Positions 20,516 to 29,770 of a stretch of 64,000 nucleotides of DNA are shown piece after piece. Numbering within the stretch: the stretch's first letter is position 1; the number at the start of each line of letters is the position of its first letter. The stretch is from Chloroflexota bacterium. GTDB lineage: Bacteria > Chloroflexota > UBA11872 > VXOZ01. The position numbers and the translations under genes were made by a program. The stretch covers positions 1,856,001-1,920,000 of the forward strand of contig OZ244922.1 in assembly GCA_965221905.1 (NCBI GenBank), given 5' to 3'. The notes under the pieces are model-generated. The model was given only the letters and a program-made list of their open reading frames with translations, did not search any database and was not told the origin of the DNA.

Positions 20516-20738
20516 CGGAACACCGCGAGCAGTGTGGATGTCATTTGCCGACTCATGTGGGGGCTAGATGCCAAACGGGGCCTCCTTCGTCCCTTTGCGC
20601 TTCCAAAATATAACATACCTGCGCTCAGCGCAGGTATGTTATTCCTCTCCCAACCGCCACCGGGCGTTCGATCTATCTCTGGGCTCTCGGCAAAAAGCGG
20701 TGGACTGTTTCACGTACCATTCCAACCATGATTGCGGT

Positions 20739-21008
20739 TCAAGTGGGCGTGGCGACGGTCTCCTTGCCGGAAGCAGCCTTTACCTTGGATGCCATCTCAC
20801 TGTCCGTGCCGGCCTCAACGGCAATCTGCATGAACTCTTCCGAGCTCATGCCCAGATCGCGGAGTACCTGCTGATCCATTGGGCACGGATAGATGTACTC
20901 GCCGATATAGCCGCCATGTTTGGCACGGGCTTTGTCAGCCATGCGGCCTACCCATTCAAGTCCGTCTACAACGAGTTCGCGTTCGCGCGGTTTCCATTCC
21001 TCTGCCAT
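20739..21008 (-). CDS. small DUF5069-like protein
   Basis: RMADKARA...GEYIYPCPMD pattern recalled for DUF5069; strong AAGGAG RBS. Confidence 0.6.
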   Translation of the reverse strand: MAEEWKPRERELVVDGLEWVGRMADKARAKHGGYIGEYIYPCPMDQQVLRDLGMSSEEFMQIAVEAGTDSEMASKVKAASGKETVATPT

Positions 21009-21037
21009 CGGACTCTCCTTCCAGTCTACAATCCAAC

Positions 21038-22081
21038 CTATGACACGTGGGCAAATGCTGTGGCAATGAGCGAGCGTACCGGCTTTGCGGGTGTGTTAGC
21101 GGCCAGCGGGAAGAGCGCCAATCGCAGCGCCTGTTCAAGTCTTTGCCTCAGCACGATACTGTTGGATTCGTACGTTCCCAGCTTCCCGTCTAGGAGCAAG
21201 CGCAACACCTCACTCCACAACATTAGGTGATGCATATCTAGCTGCTCGTAATCAATGCATCCGCTTCCAACGTACCACTGCTCTTCACCATGGGTCAAGA
21301 GGGAGTGTAACGGTGTTTCAGGCGCGCGAACGGCCACCATCGCGGCGTACTGCGCCAGGCGTGATTCCGGCCAATCGAGACCGACCACGGCAAAGTCGAC
21401 GAACCAAAGTGCCGCGTCTGCCGAAAGCACATTGTTAGGCGTGCAATCGCGACCACCAAACGTCAGTCGACCGGAGCACAGGGATTCAGCCAACGCTGTC
21501 CACGTCTCATGCAGGTTTGTTGCCCAGTCCTGCGGCGCCAAAAGATCGCAATAGGCCGCGAGCCGCAGGAGAGTCTCGGGGGCCTGGCGGCAGCGGGCGC
21601 GCACCTCCGCATGGCGTCGTTGCCGTTCGCCGGTGCCGTGAAGCGCAAGTCGGTCGGCCATCCCTTGAAACGCTGTCTCCAGGGAATTACAGCCCTTCAG
21701 CAAGTTCTTTGCCAGTCGCCGCAATTCTTCTGTGTGCCGGGTAGGGTCTAGGTGTGCTTCATGTATCGCCGCTGCAAGCGTGCGCTGCCCCACCCACTCA
21801 GTGATCAATATGCGCTGCTGCGGAATCCACTGCAATGGTCGTGGAACCGGCGTGCCAAGTTGGTAGAGCATTTGCAGCACACCGAACTCGACCTCTCCCG
21901 CTCCGGCGTGCGCATGGCGTTTGACGGCAACGTGCTCACCGGATGAAAGAACTGAATGCCACACTGCCGCCCCTTGGGCGCCGCCTCCGTCTACGGGATG
22001 CAGTGTGTGCACCGGCCCAATCGCTGCTTCAAGCCGGTTCAGCAATATTTGGCCGATCTCACTGTTATTTATCTGAGCCAC
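21038..22081 (-). CDS. aminoglycoside-phosphotransferase/choline-kinase-like small-molecule kinase
   Basis: VAVK, PVPRPL, ILITEWVG, catalytic GRDCTPNNVL...FVDF (Brenner-like motif). Confidence 0.65.
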   Translation of the reverse strand: MAQINNSEIGQILLNRLEAAIGPVHTLHPVDGGGAQGAAVWHSVLSSGEHVAVKRHAHAGAGEVEFGVLQMLYQLGTPVPRPLQWIPQQRILITEWVGQRTLAAAIHEAHLDPTRHTEELRRLAKNLLKGCNSLETAFQGMADRLALHGTGERQRRHAEVRARCRQAPETLLRLAAYCDLLAPQDWATNLHETWTALAESLCSGRLTFGGRDCTPNNVLSADAALWFVDFAVVGLDWPESRLAQYAAMVAVRAPETPLHSLLTHGEEQWYVGSGCIDYEQLDMHHLMLWSEVLRLLLDGKLGTYESNSIVLRQRLEQALRLALFPLAANTPAKPVRSLIATAFAHVS

Positions 22082-22279
22082 AGTAATTCATTTCCTTGCA
22101 TACGAGTACTGCGGTATTGCCAACCAAGAGTTTCTCCGAGTGAGAAGACATCGTAGGAGAGATCCAAGAACTGAGCAGAGAGTTCCATGCCTTTTGTTCG
22201 CAGCATTTGGCCTATGGTATCATCACAGTGATGAATGGGGCGGAAGCGAGCAGGCACGAAGCGAGTGTAGGGCTGGATC

Positions 22280-23743
22280 ATGGACACACGTGAACTGGTT
22301 TACCGCTTGCAGTCCATCGTCGGCGAAAACCACGTGGTGTTCCGTCCTGAAGACCTCATTGTCTTTGAGCGCGATGCTTCAATGGACGTTCAGCTTCCTG
22401 CCGCCGTCGTTTTCCCCCGTACCACCGCTGAAGTCAGCGGGATCCTGGCGGTAGCAAGCGAGTTGAAAGTGCCGGTGGTGCCCAAGGGGGCCGGCACCGG
22501 CTTGTCCGGCGGAGCCGTGCCGGAAGAAGACGGTATCTTACTCTCCGTCAGCCGCATGCGGAATATTCTCGAGATCGATGAGGAGAACCGCACTGCATTG
22601 GTGGAGCCGGGTGTTGTTAACTTAGAACTCTCTGACGAGATAGCCCACCTTGGCTTGTACTACGCGCCCGATCCATCGAGCCAGAAGGCCTGCACGCTTG
22701 GCGGCAACGTTGCGGAGAACTCAGGCGGAGCGCATTGCTTGCGCTACGGATGTACCATCAATCATATATTAGGACTTGAAGTGGTCATTCCAGGTGGCGA
22801 AGTCGCCTGGATCGGCGGGAAGGCCCCCGATGCGCCGGGCTACGATCTGATGAGCGCGGTCATTGGCTCCGAAGGCACGATGGGCGTGGTGACCAAGATT
22901 CTGGTCAAGCTCTTGCCGCTCCCAGAGTCAGTCGAGACATATCTCGCTATTTTCGAAAGCGTGCCCGACGCGTGCGAGGCTGTCTCTGCCATCATTGGTA
23001 ACGGCATCATTCCTGCTGCCTTGGAGATCATGGACCAGGTAGTTACCAAGGCCATAGAGGAGGCCCACCACGTCGGCTATCCCTCCGACGCCGGCGCTGT
23101 TCTCATCATCGAGATTGACGGGATGCAGGAAGAACTCGATGAGCAACGCGACGCGATTCTAAGCCTCTGCCGCGAAGCACGGGCCCGTGAAATCAGAGTG
23201 GCACAGACGGCCGCGGAGCGCGAGACTATATGGGCCGGACGGAAAGGGGCTATTGGCGCGCTAGGCAGGCTGGCGCCGAACTACTACATCCAAGATTGCG
23301 TCGTGCCGCGCACGAAGCTACCGGAGATCATGCGCTTTGTGGAAGACGTGGCCGCGCGCTATGACATAATCATTGCCAACGTGTTCCATGCCGGTGACGG
23401 AAACTTGCATCCGAATCTGCTCTTCGACGTGCGCGATAGCGACCAAGTGCAGCGCGTAATTGCCGCGGGTGAAGAGATCATTCGGGCATGCATCGACGCC
23501 GGTGGGTCACTCTCGGGAGAACACGGCATCGGCACGGAGAAGCAAGAGTACATGGGCTGGCTTTACAGTGAGGCGGACTTGGCGGCAATGCGCAAGCTCA
23601 AACGCGCATTCGATCCCGATTGGCTCTTCAACCCTACGAAGGTGTTCCCCACCGGGAAAGGCCCGCACGCGGCGAATATTCACATTGGCAAGGCCCCGGC
23701 GTCTATTACGAATTCAGCCCACTCTACCGCGGTCTGGAAGTAG
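22280..23743 (+). CDS. glcD: glycolate/D-lactate oxidase FAD subunit GlcD
   Basis: GAGTGLSGG, YAPDPSSQKACTLGGNVAENSGG, GSEGTMG, HAGDGNLHP, GEHGIGTEK. Confidence 0.92.
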   Translation: MDTRELVYRLQSIVGENHVVFRPEDLIVFERDASMDVQLPAAVVFPRTTAEVSGILAVASELKVPVVPKGAGTGLSGGAVPEEDGILLSVSRMRNILEIDEENRTALVEPGVVNLELSDEIAHLGLYYAPDPSSQKACTLGGNVAENSGGAHCLRYGCTINHILGLEVVIPGGEVAWIGGKAPDAPGYDLMSAVIGSEGTMGVVTKILVKLLPLPESVETYLAIFESVPDACEAVSAIIGNGIIPAALEIMDQVVTKAIEEAHHVGYPSDAGAVLIIEIDGMQEELDEQRDAILSLCREARAREIRVAQTAAERETIWAGRKGAIGALGRLAPNYYIQDCVVPRTKLPEIMRFVEDVAARYDIIIANVFHAGDGNLHPNLLFDVRDSDQVQRVIAAGEEIIRACIDAGGSLSGEHGIGTEKQEYMGWLYSEADLAAMRKLKRAFDPDWLFNPTKVFPTGKGPHAANIHIGKAPASITNSAHSTAVWK

Positions 23744-23757
23744 GATGCAGATACGCT

Positions 23758-25092
23758 TTGCTGACTGAGACGCTCCACACCCAGCTTGCTGAAGTCGCTT
23801 CGCAAGAGGCGATCACGCATGAGACTCCTACCGTGGACGGCAAGCAACCTGCGCTTGGCGTTGCGCCCCGATCGGTTCCTGAATTGGCCGCGGTAGTTAC
23901 TGAGTTGCACCAGGCGGAATCAGCGACCATCCTCGTCGGCGGCGGCACGATGCTCGATTTGGGCAAGCCTCCCACTGCCGCGGAGGTTGCTCTCTGCACC
24001 GGCAGCCTCAACCACATTACGGAGTATCAACCCGCCGATCTTATAGTGACTGCGCAGGCGGGCGTGACCCTGGCCAACCTTCAAGAGACTCTACGCGAAC
24101 ACGATCAGACGCTGCCGCTAGAGGTGCCGTGCCCTGATCGAGCAACTGTTGGGGGCGCTGTGGCGGCGAATACCCATGGGCCGTTGCGGTATACATTTGG
24201 CACGGCCAAGGACCTTGTCATGGGGATGCAATTCGTCCAGGGAGACGGCACGCTGGTCAAGAGCGGCGGCGAAGTTGTAAAGAATGTGGCCGGATTCGGC
24301 TTGCACAAGTTGCACGTCGGCGCTCTCGGTACGCTGGGAGTGATCGCCACGACAACATTCAAAGTGTATCCCCTGCCCAAAGCGGATCAGTCCCTCATAT
24401 TCACGTTTGAAGATGCCGACGCGGCCTTTGCGGCTGCACACGCCATGCGCCCGCACCATCCGTCGTCAGCAGTGGTCGGCAATACGGTCGCTCAGCAATG
24501 CTTATTTGGCGCGGTTCGTGGCGGCCACGTGCTCCTCGTGCGCTTCATGGGCGCAGAACGGGCCGTCGCGCGGCAAGTGCGGGATGCAGCGGGAGCGGAA
24601 GCGGGCGCATATACTACTGAGGCTGTTAGCAGGGCGGACAGTGTTCTCCTGTGGCAACAGTGTGTGGACTTGGGGTCGGATAGTGCCCCGAAGAATATCC
24701 TGTTCAAGGCGAGTGCTGTGCCAACGGAAATGCGGCACGTCTATGCGGACCTCTTACGGTCCGCAGAGCCTCTAGAGGGAGAAGCGGGAATTGTGGCCGA
24801 TCCTCTCAATGGCTCCTTAAGGTGTGGAATTCGCTTGGCGGATGGACAGAATCATGGATCTTCTGTACAGACGTCGACTTTGGCCCAGCTTCTCAGTTTT
24901 CTGCAGAATGCCCGGGCAGTGAGCCAGGAACATGGCGGCAGTCTCGTGCTGCAACGGGGTTCACTAGCAGTCAAGACTGCTTTTGACGTTTGGGGGCCCG
25001 ATCCACAGGGACTGGGCGTAATGCACAGCCTAAAGCGGACCTTAGATCCCCGCAACATACTCAATCCCGGCCGCTTTGTCGGTGAGATTTAG
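23758..25092 (+). CDS. glcE: glycolate oxidase FAD subunit GlcE
   Basis: YQPADLIVTAQAG, ATVGG, GGEVVKNVAGF, GALGTLG, LDPRNILNPGR; start placed at TTG 23758 after the glcD stop. Confidence 0.85.
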   Translation: MLTETLHTQLAEVASQEAITHETPTVDGKQPALGVAPRSVPELAAVVTELHQAESATILVGGGTMLDLGKPPTAAEVALCTGSLNHITEYQPADLIVTAQAGVTLANLQETLREHDQTLPLEVPCPDRATVGGAVAANTHGPLRYTFGTAKDLVMGMQFVQGDGTLVKSGGEVVKNVAGFGLHKLHVGALGTLGVIATTTFKVYPLPKADQSLIFTFEDADAAFAAAHAMRPHHPSSAVVGNTVAQQCLFGAVRGGHVLLVRFMGAERAVARQVRDAAGAEAGAYTTEAVSRADSVLLWQQCVDLGSDSAPKNILFKASAVPTEMRHVYADLLRSAEPLEGEAGIVADPLNGSLRCGIRLADGQNHGSSVQTSTLAQLLSFLQNARAVSQEHGGSLVLQRGSLAVKTAFDVWGPDPQGLGVMHSLKRTLDPRNILNPGRFVGEI

Positions 25093-25128
25093 AAGCAGGT
25101 GTTTCCACCGTGAGCGAGCAAAACTAAC

Positions 25129-26490
25129 GTGAAAACCGATGTCGGTCAACCAGGGCTCGTAATTCCTGAGGGTGAGAACGAGCGGGTCCGCTTCGAGGGT
25201 CTCACGGATGAGGACCTGGCCCAATGCGTGCACTGCGGGCTCTGTCTCAATGCGTGCCCGACCTATCGCGAGACCGGCCTTGAGATGGAAAGTCCGCGGG
25301 GCCGTATCTATCTTGCGAAGGCAGCCAAGGAAGAGCGCATTCCGATCAATGATACGTTTCTGAAGCACATATTCCTCTGCCTCGATTGTCGTGCGTGCGA
25401 GACAGCCTGCCCATCCGGCGTTCAATATGGCAAGATTATCGAAGCCGCGCGCGGAGAAGCAATCCGGGTCCGGCCCGGCGGCGCGATCCCTCGCTTCTTG
25501 CGCTGGTTAATTTTCAAGCAGCTTTTTCCGTTTCCCGGCCGCCTGAACTTTGCCGCCAAGCTCATTCGTTTCTACCAGTCATCCGGTATGCAGGCGCTCA
25601 TTCGCCGCAGCGGTGTCCTGAAGCTCTTCGGTCAATTTGGTCGCGCGGAAGCACTGTTGCCTAGGCTGTCCGATAAGTTCTACGGCGCCCAGGAAGTGGA
25701 AGTTGTGCCCGCGCGCGGCCAGACCAAACGCCGCGTGGGATTCATAACGGGCTGTATCATGCCTTATTTCTTTGGTGAAACGAACCGGGCAACGGTAAGT
25801 GTGCTCACGCGCAATGGGTGTGAGGTCGTAATCCCCAAGGCGCAGCGTTGCTGTGGCGCTTTGGGCGTCCACGCCGGGGCTCGTGAAACAGCGAAAGACC
25901 TCGCTCGAGGCAACATTGACGCATTTGAGCCGTACAATCTGGACGTCATCATCAGCAATGCGGCTGGGTGCGGCACGGCGTTGAAGGAATACCACGTCTT
26001 GCTGGAGAACGATTCCAACTACGCGGTGCGCGCGCGCGATTTCTCGGAAAGAGTGAAGGACATCAGCGAGTTCTTAGCTGGTATTGAGATAGATGCTTCT
26101 TTTGGACCGGTGAACAAGCGCGTGACCTATCAGGATGCATGTCACCTGGCGCACGGGCAGCGTGTGCGCGCGCAGCCGCGCGCTCTGTTGCAATCAATTC
26201 CGGGGTTGGAGTTTGTAGAAATGAAGAATTCCGATCATTGTTGCGGCAGCGCCGGTGTCTACAACATCGTCCAGGCAGACATGGCGCAGCGGGTCGTCGC
26301 GCCCAAAGTCAAGAATATTGCGGCTACCGAGGCCGATTACGTGGCTGTGGGCAATCCCGGTTGTATGTTGCAGATGGACAACGCCTTGGCTGCAGAGGGT
26401 GTTGCCACACGGTCTATCCATACTATGGAACTGCTTGAGCAGGCCTATCAGGCGGCAGAAAGCAACGGCCGCGGCGACGCCAATACCTAG
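25129..26490 (+). CDS. glcF: glycolate oxidase iron-sulfur subunit GlcF
   Basis: CVHCGLCLNACP and CLDCRACETACP ferredoxin motifs, two CCG domains (CCGALG, CCGSAG), DACHLAHGQ, NPGC. Confidence 0.92.
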   Translation: MKTDVGQPGLVIPEGENERVRFEGLTDEDLAQCVHCGLCLNACPTYRETGLEMESPRGRIYLAKAAKEERIPINDTFLKHIFLCLDCRACETACPSGVQYGKIIEAARGEAIRVRPGGAIPRFLRWLIFKQLFPFPGRLNFAAKLIRFYQSSGMQALIRRSGVLKLFGQFGRAEALLPRLSDKFYGAQEVEVVPARGQTKRRVGFITGCIMPYFFGETNRATVSVLTRNGCEVVIPKAQRCCGALGVHAGARETAKDLARGNIDAFEPYNLDVIISNAAGCGTALKEYHVLLENDSNYAVRARDFSERVKDISEFLAGIEIDASFGPVNKRVTYQDACHLAHGQRVRAQPRALLQSIPGLEFVEMKNSDHCCGSAGVYNIVQADMAQRVVAPKVKNIAATEADYVAVGNPGCMLQMDNALAAEGVATRSIHTMELLEQAYQAAESNGRGDANT

Positions 26491-26607
26491 GCGCTCCCTT
26501 GGTTTGGCGTGCCTGCGAGCAAGAGGCAACGCCGATCTGCATTTGAGAATTATCAAGTACGAGCAACTATCGAAGACCAGAGAGATATCAGGAAGGAGTC
26601 CTGCGAA

Positions 26608-27636
26608 ATGGGTGATAATGGCGTGAGAGACCTCACGATCATTGGCGGCGGCCCTACGGGATTATTTGGGCTATTCTACGCCGGTGTGCGCGGCCTCGAT
26701 ACACAGCTCCTGGAAGCGATGGACGAGCTGGGTGGCGCTCTTTCTGCTCTTTATGCGGAGAAGTTCGTCTACGATATGGCCGGCTTTCCGGCCATCCTCG
26801 CCAAAGACCTCGTCGCAGTAATGCGCGAGCAGGCCGACCAGTGGGACTATCCGATCTACCTTTCCCAGAAGATACTCGACTTTGAAGAACAAGACGGCAT
26901 CTACGTGCTCCGTGCGCAGGGCGGTGAGGAATTCAAGAGCAAGGCGGTGCTCATCGCCAACGGCAACGGCGCGTTCGCGCCGCGCAAACTAAGGTTGGCC
27001 GGTGTCGAGCAGCACGAAGACAAGCAAATCTTCTACACAGTCAAGAATATGGATTTGTTCCGTGACAAGCGTGTATTGGTTATTGGCGGTGGAGATTCGG
27101 CACTTGACTGGGCGCTGGCTCTCGACAAGATCGCAACGATGGTAACGCTTATCCATCGGCTGCCGGTCTGGCAAGCGCATGAGGCAACTGTGCAACTGAT
27201 CTTTGAATCGAACGTGGACGTGCATTTCCCCCGACACGAAGCGAATGTATTGCACGTCACCGACGGAAAGCTCACCGGCGTTACAATCATTAATCTTACG
27301 TCGAAAGAGACCTTTGATCTAGAGGTAGACATAATCCTGATCTGCGTTGGTTTTCTGATGGACACAACGGTCATACGCAAGTGGGGGGTTGAGTTGGAGG
27401 GCAAGAAGGGCATCAAGGTTGATCCTGCGACGATGGCTACCAGCCGGCCCGGTGTCTACGCTGCTGGCGACATTGCCGCCTACGAGGGGAAGATCAATCT
27501 GATTGCGTGCGGCGCATCCGAGGCGGCCATGGCAGTAAATCAGGCAGTACGGTATATTAACCCCGATGCGCGGCTGGCCCCGGGCCATAGTAGCGACATG
27601 GACATCTTTACCAAACGGGATAAACCGGAGGCCTAG
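26608..27636 (+). CDS. TrxR-type ferredoxin--NAD(P)+ reductase (YumC-like)
   Basis: GGGPTG, GGALSALYAEKFVYDMAGF, GNGAFAPR, GGGDSALDW, AAGDIAAYEGKINLI, PGHSS; no CXXC; ATG 26608 behind AAGGAG. Confidence 0.9.
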   Translation: MGDNGVRDLTIIGGGPTGLFGLFYAGVRGLDTQLLEAMDELGGALSALYAEKFVYDMAGFPAILAKDLVAVMREQADQWDYPIYLSQKILDFEEQDGIYVLRAQGGEEFKSKAVLIANGNGAFAPRKLRLAGVEQHEDKQIFYTVKNMDLFRDKRVLVIGGGDSALDWALALDKIATMVTLIHRLPVWQAHEATVQLIFESNVDVHFPRHEANVLHVTDGKLTGVTIINLTSKETFDLEVDIILICVGFLMDTTVIRKWGVELEGKKGIKVDPATMATSRPGVYAAGDIAAYEGKINLIACGASEAAMAVNQAVRYINPDARLAPGHSSDMDIFTKRDKPEA

Positions 27637-27669
27637 CGGGCCCAACTCACACACAGTGGAGGACTGTCA

Positions 27670-28164
27670 TTGGCCACATCACCGGGTGAAGTAAAGAGCG
27701 CAGAGGCCGCCAAGTACGCGGCATTGCAGCGTGAGATCGAAGAGTGCAGCCAAGAACCTGGCTCGACACTCGACATGCTCCATGCCGTGCAACGGCAATT
27801 CGGGTACTTGGAGCCCAAAGCCGTGGGCATGGTGGCGAAAGAGCTAGGAATTACGAAGACACAACTCTACGGTGTGGCAACCTTCTACACGATGTTCTTC
27901 TTCGAACCGAAGCCACCGGTCATCGCTCGTGTGTGCGTGAATCTCTCATGCCATTTGCGCGGTGCTCAGGACGTTCTCCACACTTTGGAAGAGGCGGTCG
28001 CGGCGCAGCCCGGCGCGTTTGAGGTAGAAGAGGTGATGTGCTTGGGGCTTTGCGAACAGGCGCCGGCCCTCTTGATCAACGAAAATGCCGTGGGAAACAT
28101 CTCGGCGGCAGAGGTCCTGGAGAAGGTTCAGGCCAGCGTTGCAGAAAAAAACAAGAGAGAATAG
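27670..28164 (+). CDS. nuoE: NuoE-like [2Fe-2S] subunit
   Basis: YGVATFYTMF, CVNLSCHLRGA, CLGLCEQAP; GGAGG RBS before TTG. Confidence 0.88.
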   Translation: MATSPGEVKSAEAAKYAALQREIEECSQEPGSTLDMLHAVQRQFGYLEPKAVGMVAKELGITKTQLYGVATFYTMFFFEPKPPVIARVCVNLSCHLRGAQDVLHTLEEAVAAQPGAFEVEEVMCLGLCEQAPALLINENAVGNISAAEVLEKVQASVAEKNKRE

Positions 28165-28203
28165 TGCACAGGTAAAGTCCGCCGACCGCGAGGAGCGAAA
28201 GGC

Positions 28204-29559
28204 ATGGAACAGGTCTGTCTGCGGCGAATTCACAATGAGAATTCTCAGGACATCGAGACTTATATGGCGCACGATGGCTATGCCGCTTTGCGCAAAGCAC
28301 TCACTGAGATGACCCCTTCGGGTGTGCACGATGAGGTGCGAGCCGCAAACATGGGCGGCCGGGGCGGAGCGGGCTTCCCAACCGCTATGAAATGGAATTT
28401 CGTGGTGGGGGCTCGGGGCGAACCAAAATACGTCCTGTGCAATTTCGATGAAAGTGAACCCGGTACTTTCTCAAATCGCGTCATCGGGGAGCAAGACCCT
28501 CACCTCCTCATTGAGGGCTGTGCATTGGCAGCCTACACTACCGGCTGCTCCATAATCTTCATCTATGTCCGCGGCGAATACTTCCTGGCATATGAACGCG
28601 TCAAACAGGCTATCAAGCAAGCATACGAGCACGGTTTCTTGGGACAGAACGTCCTAGGCACGGACTTTTCCGTTGAATTGTACTTGCGGCGTGGCGCGGG
28701 AGCGTACATCGTCGGCGAAGAGACCGCCATTATGAACTCCCTTGAAGGGAAGCGGGGCTACCCACGCGCACGACCGCCCTTCCCTGCCAATGAAGGTCTA
28801 TTCGGCAAACCCACGCTCATCAATAATGTGGAGACGCTCTCCAATCTCTCCGACATTGTCCTCAATGGCGGTGAGAGGTGGAGTAAGCTGGGAGTAAACG
28901 AGGGGTCCGGTTTAAATATCTACTGCGTTTCCGGCCACGTTGAGCGCCCGGGGGTTTACGAACTGCCCATGGGAACCACCGCGCGCGAACTGATCTATGA
29001 GCACGCTGGCGGTGTCTGGCAGGGGCGCGAACTCAAGGCCTGGAAGCCCGGCGGTGCTTCCAGCGCCATCCTGCCTGCCGACATGATCGATCTCGTACTT
29101 GACTTCAAGCCGGTGCAGGCGGCCGGTACCATCCTGGGTACGGCGGGCGTCATTGTGATGGACGACCGTACCTGCGTTGTAGACGCGGCGCTGCGGGACG
29201 CAAATTTCTTCGAGGAAGAGTCTTGCGGCTTTTGCTTCCCCTGCCGTGACGGTACCCGTGTGCTAAGAATGTTAGTCGAGCGCGTGCGCCACGGTGTGGC
29301 CGCGCCTGACACAATAGACCTCATCGAGCACTCGTCACAGGATATGATGGGTACGTCGTTCTGTGGTCTCGGCCAATTTGCGCCCTGGCCGGTGGTGAGC
29401 ACCGTACGTAACTTCCGCAAAGAGTACGAGGCGCACATTATCGAAAAGGTTTGCCCGGCAGACGTGTGTCCTATGGACGGTGTTGAGCCGAACGAGCACG
29501 TCGACCGCCGCACGCTTCAGGAAATGCTCGTGGCGCAAAAGCGCGGCGTCTTGGCCTAG
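28204..29559 (+). CDS. nuoF: NuoF-like NADH/FMN-binding subunit
   Basis: GRGGAGFPT, CNFDESEPGT, GAGAYIVGEETA, PPFPA, NNVETL, ESCGFCFPCRDG, SFCGLG, C-terminal HIIEKVCPADVC. Confidence 0.9.
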   Translation: MEQVCLRRIHNENSQDIETYMAHDGYAALRKALTEMTPSGVHDEVRAANMGGRGGAGFPTAMKWNFVVGARGEPKYVLCNFDESEPGTFSNRVIGEQDPHLLIEGCALAAYTTGCSIIFIYVRGEYFLAYERVKQAIKQAYEHGFLGQNVLGTDFSVELYLRRGAGAYIVGEETAIMNSLEGKRGYPRARPPFPANEGLFGKPTLINNVETLSNLSDIVLNGGERWSKLGVNEGSGLNIYCVSGHVERPGVYELPMGTTARELIYEHAGGVWQGRELKAWKPGGASSAILPADMIDLVLDFKPVQAAGTILGTAGVIVMDDRTCVVDAALRDANFFEEESCGFCFPCRDGTRVLRMLVERVRHGVAAPDTIDLIEHSSQDMMGTSFCGLGQFAPWPVVSTVRNFRKEYEAHIIEKVCPADVCPMDGVEPNEHVDRRTLQEMLVAQKRGVLA

Positions 29560-29770
29560 CGCAGAGTCGTTTCAGGCTCTTTCCGGTAGCGGTGATTCCC
29601 GTAAACAGTGCCCCCTCCCCTGCGTAGCGATTCCCTCGGCAAGCTACCGCAAACGTGAGCCGATCTGTCTCAGATTCCCGTAGCGCGATATTCCCTTCCC
29701 GCTACATCGGTACCGGCACGACCTTTACTGCCAATGACTATCGCAATTCGCCCTTAATGGAGTTTGCTTG

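Noticed and set aside
20568-21230. 220-aa plus-strand ORF
   Set aside because: Antisense to the DUF5069-like and kinase genes, which have better motifs and RBS
27670-29559. Classical HydABC-type electron-bifurcating complex
   Set aside because: NuoF lacks the N-terminal 2Fe-2S and C-terminal 2x[4Fe-4S] domains, and no HydA/NuoG-like subunit is present
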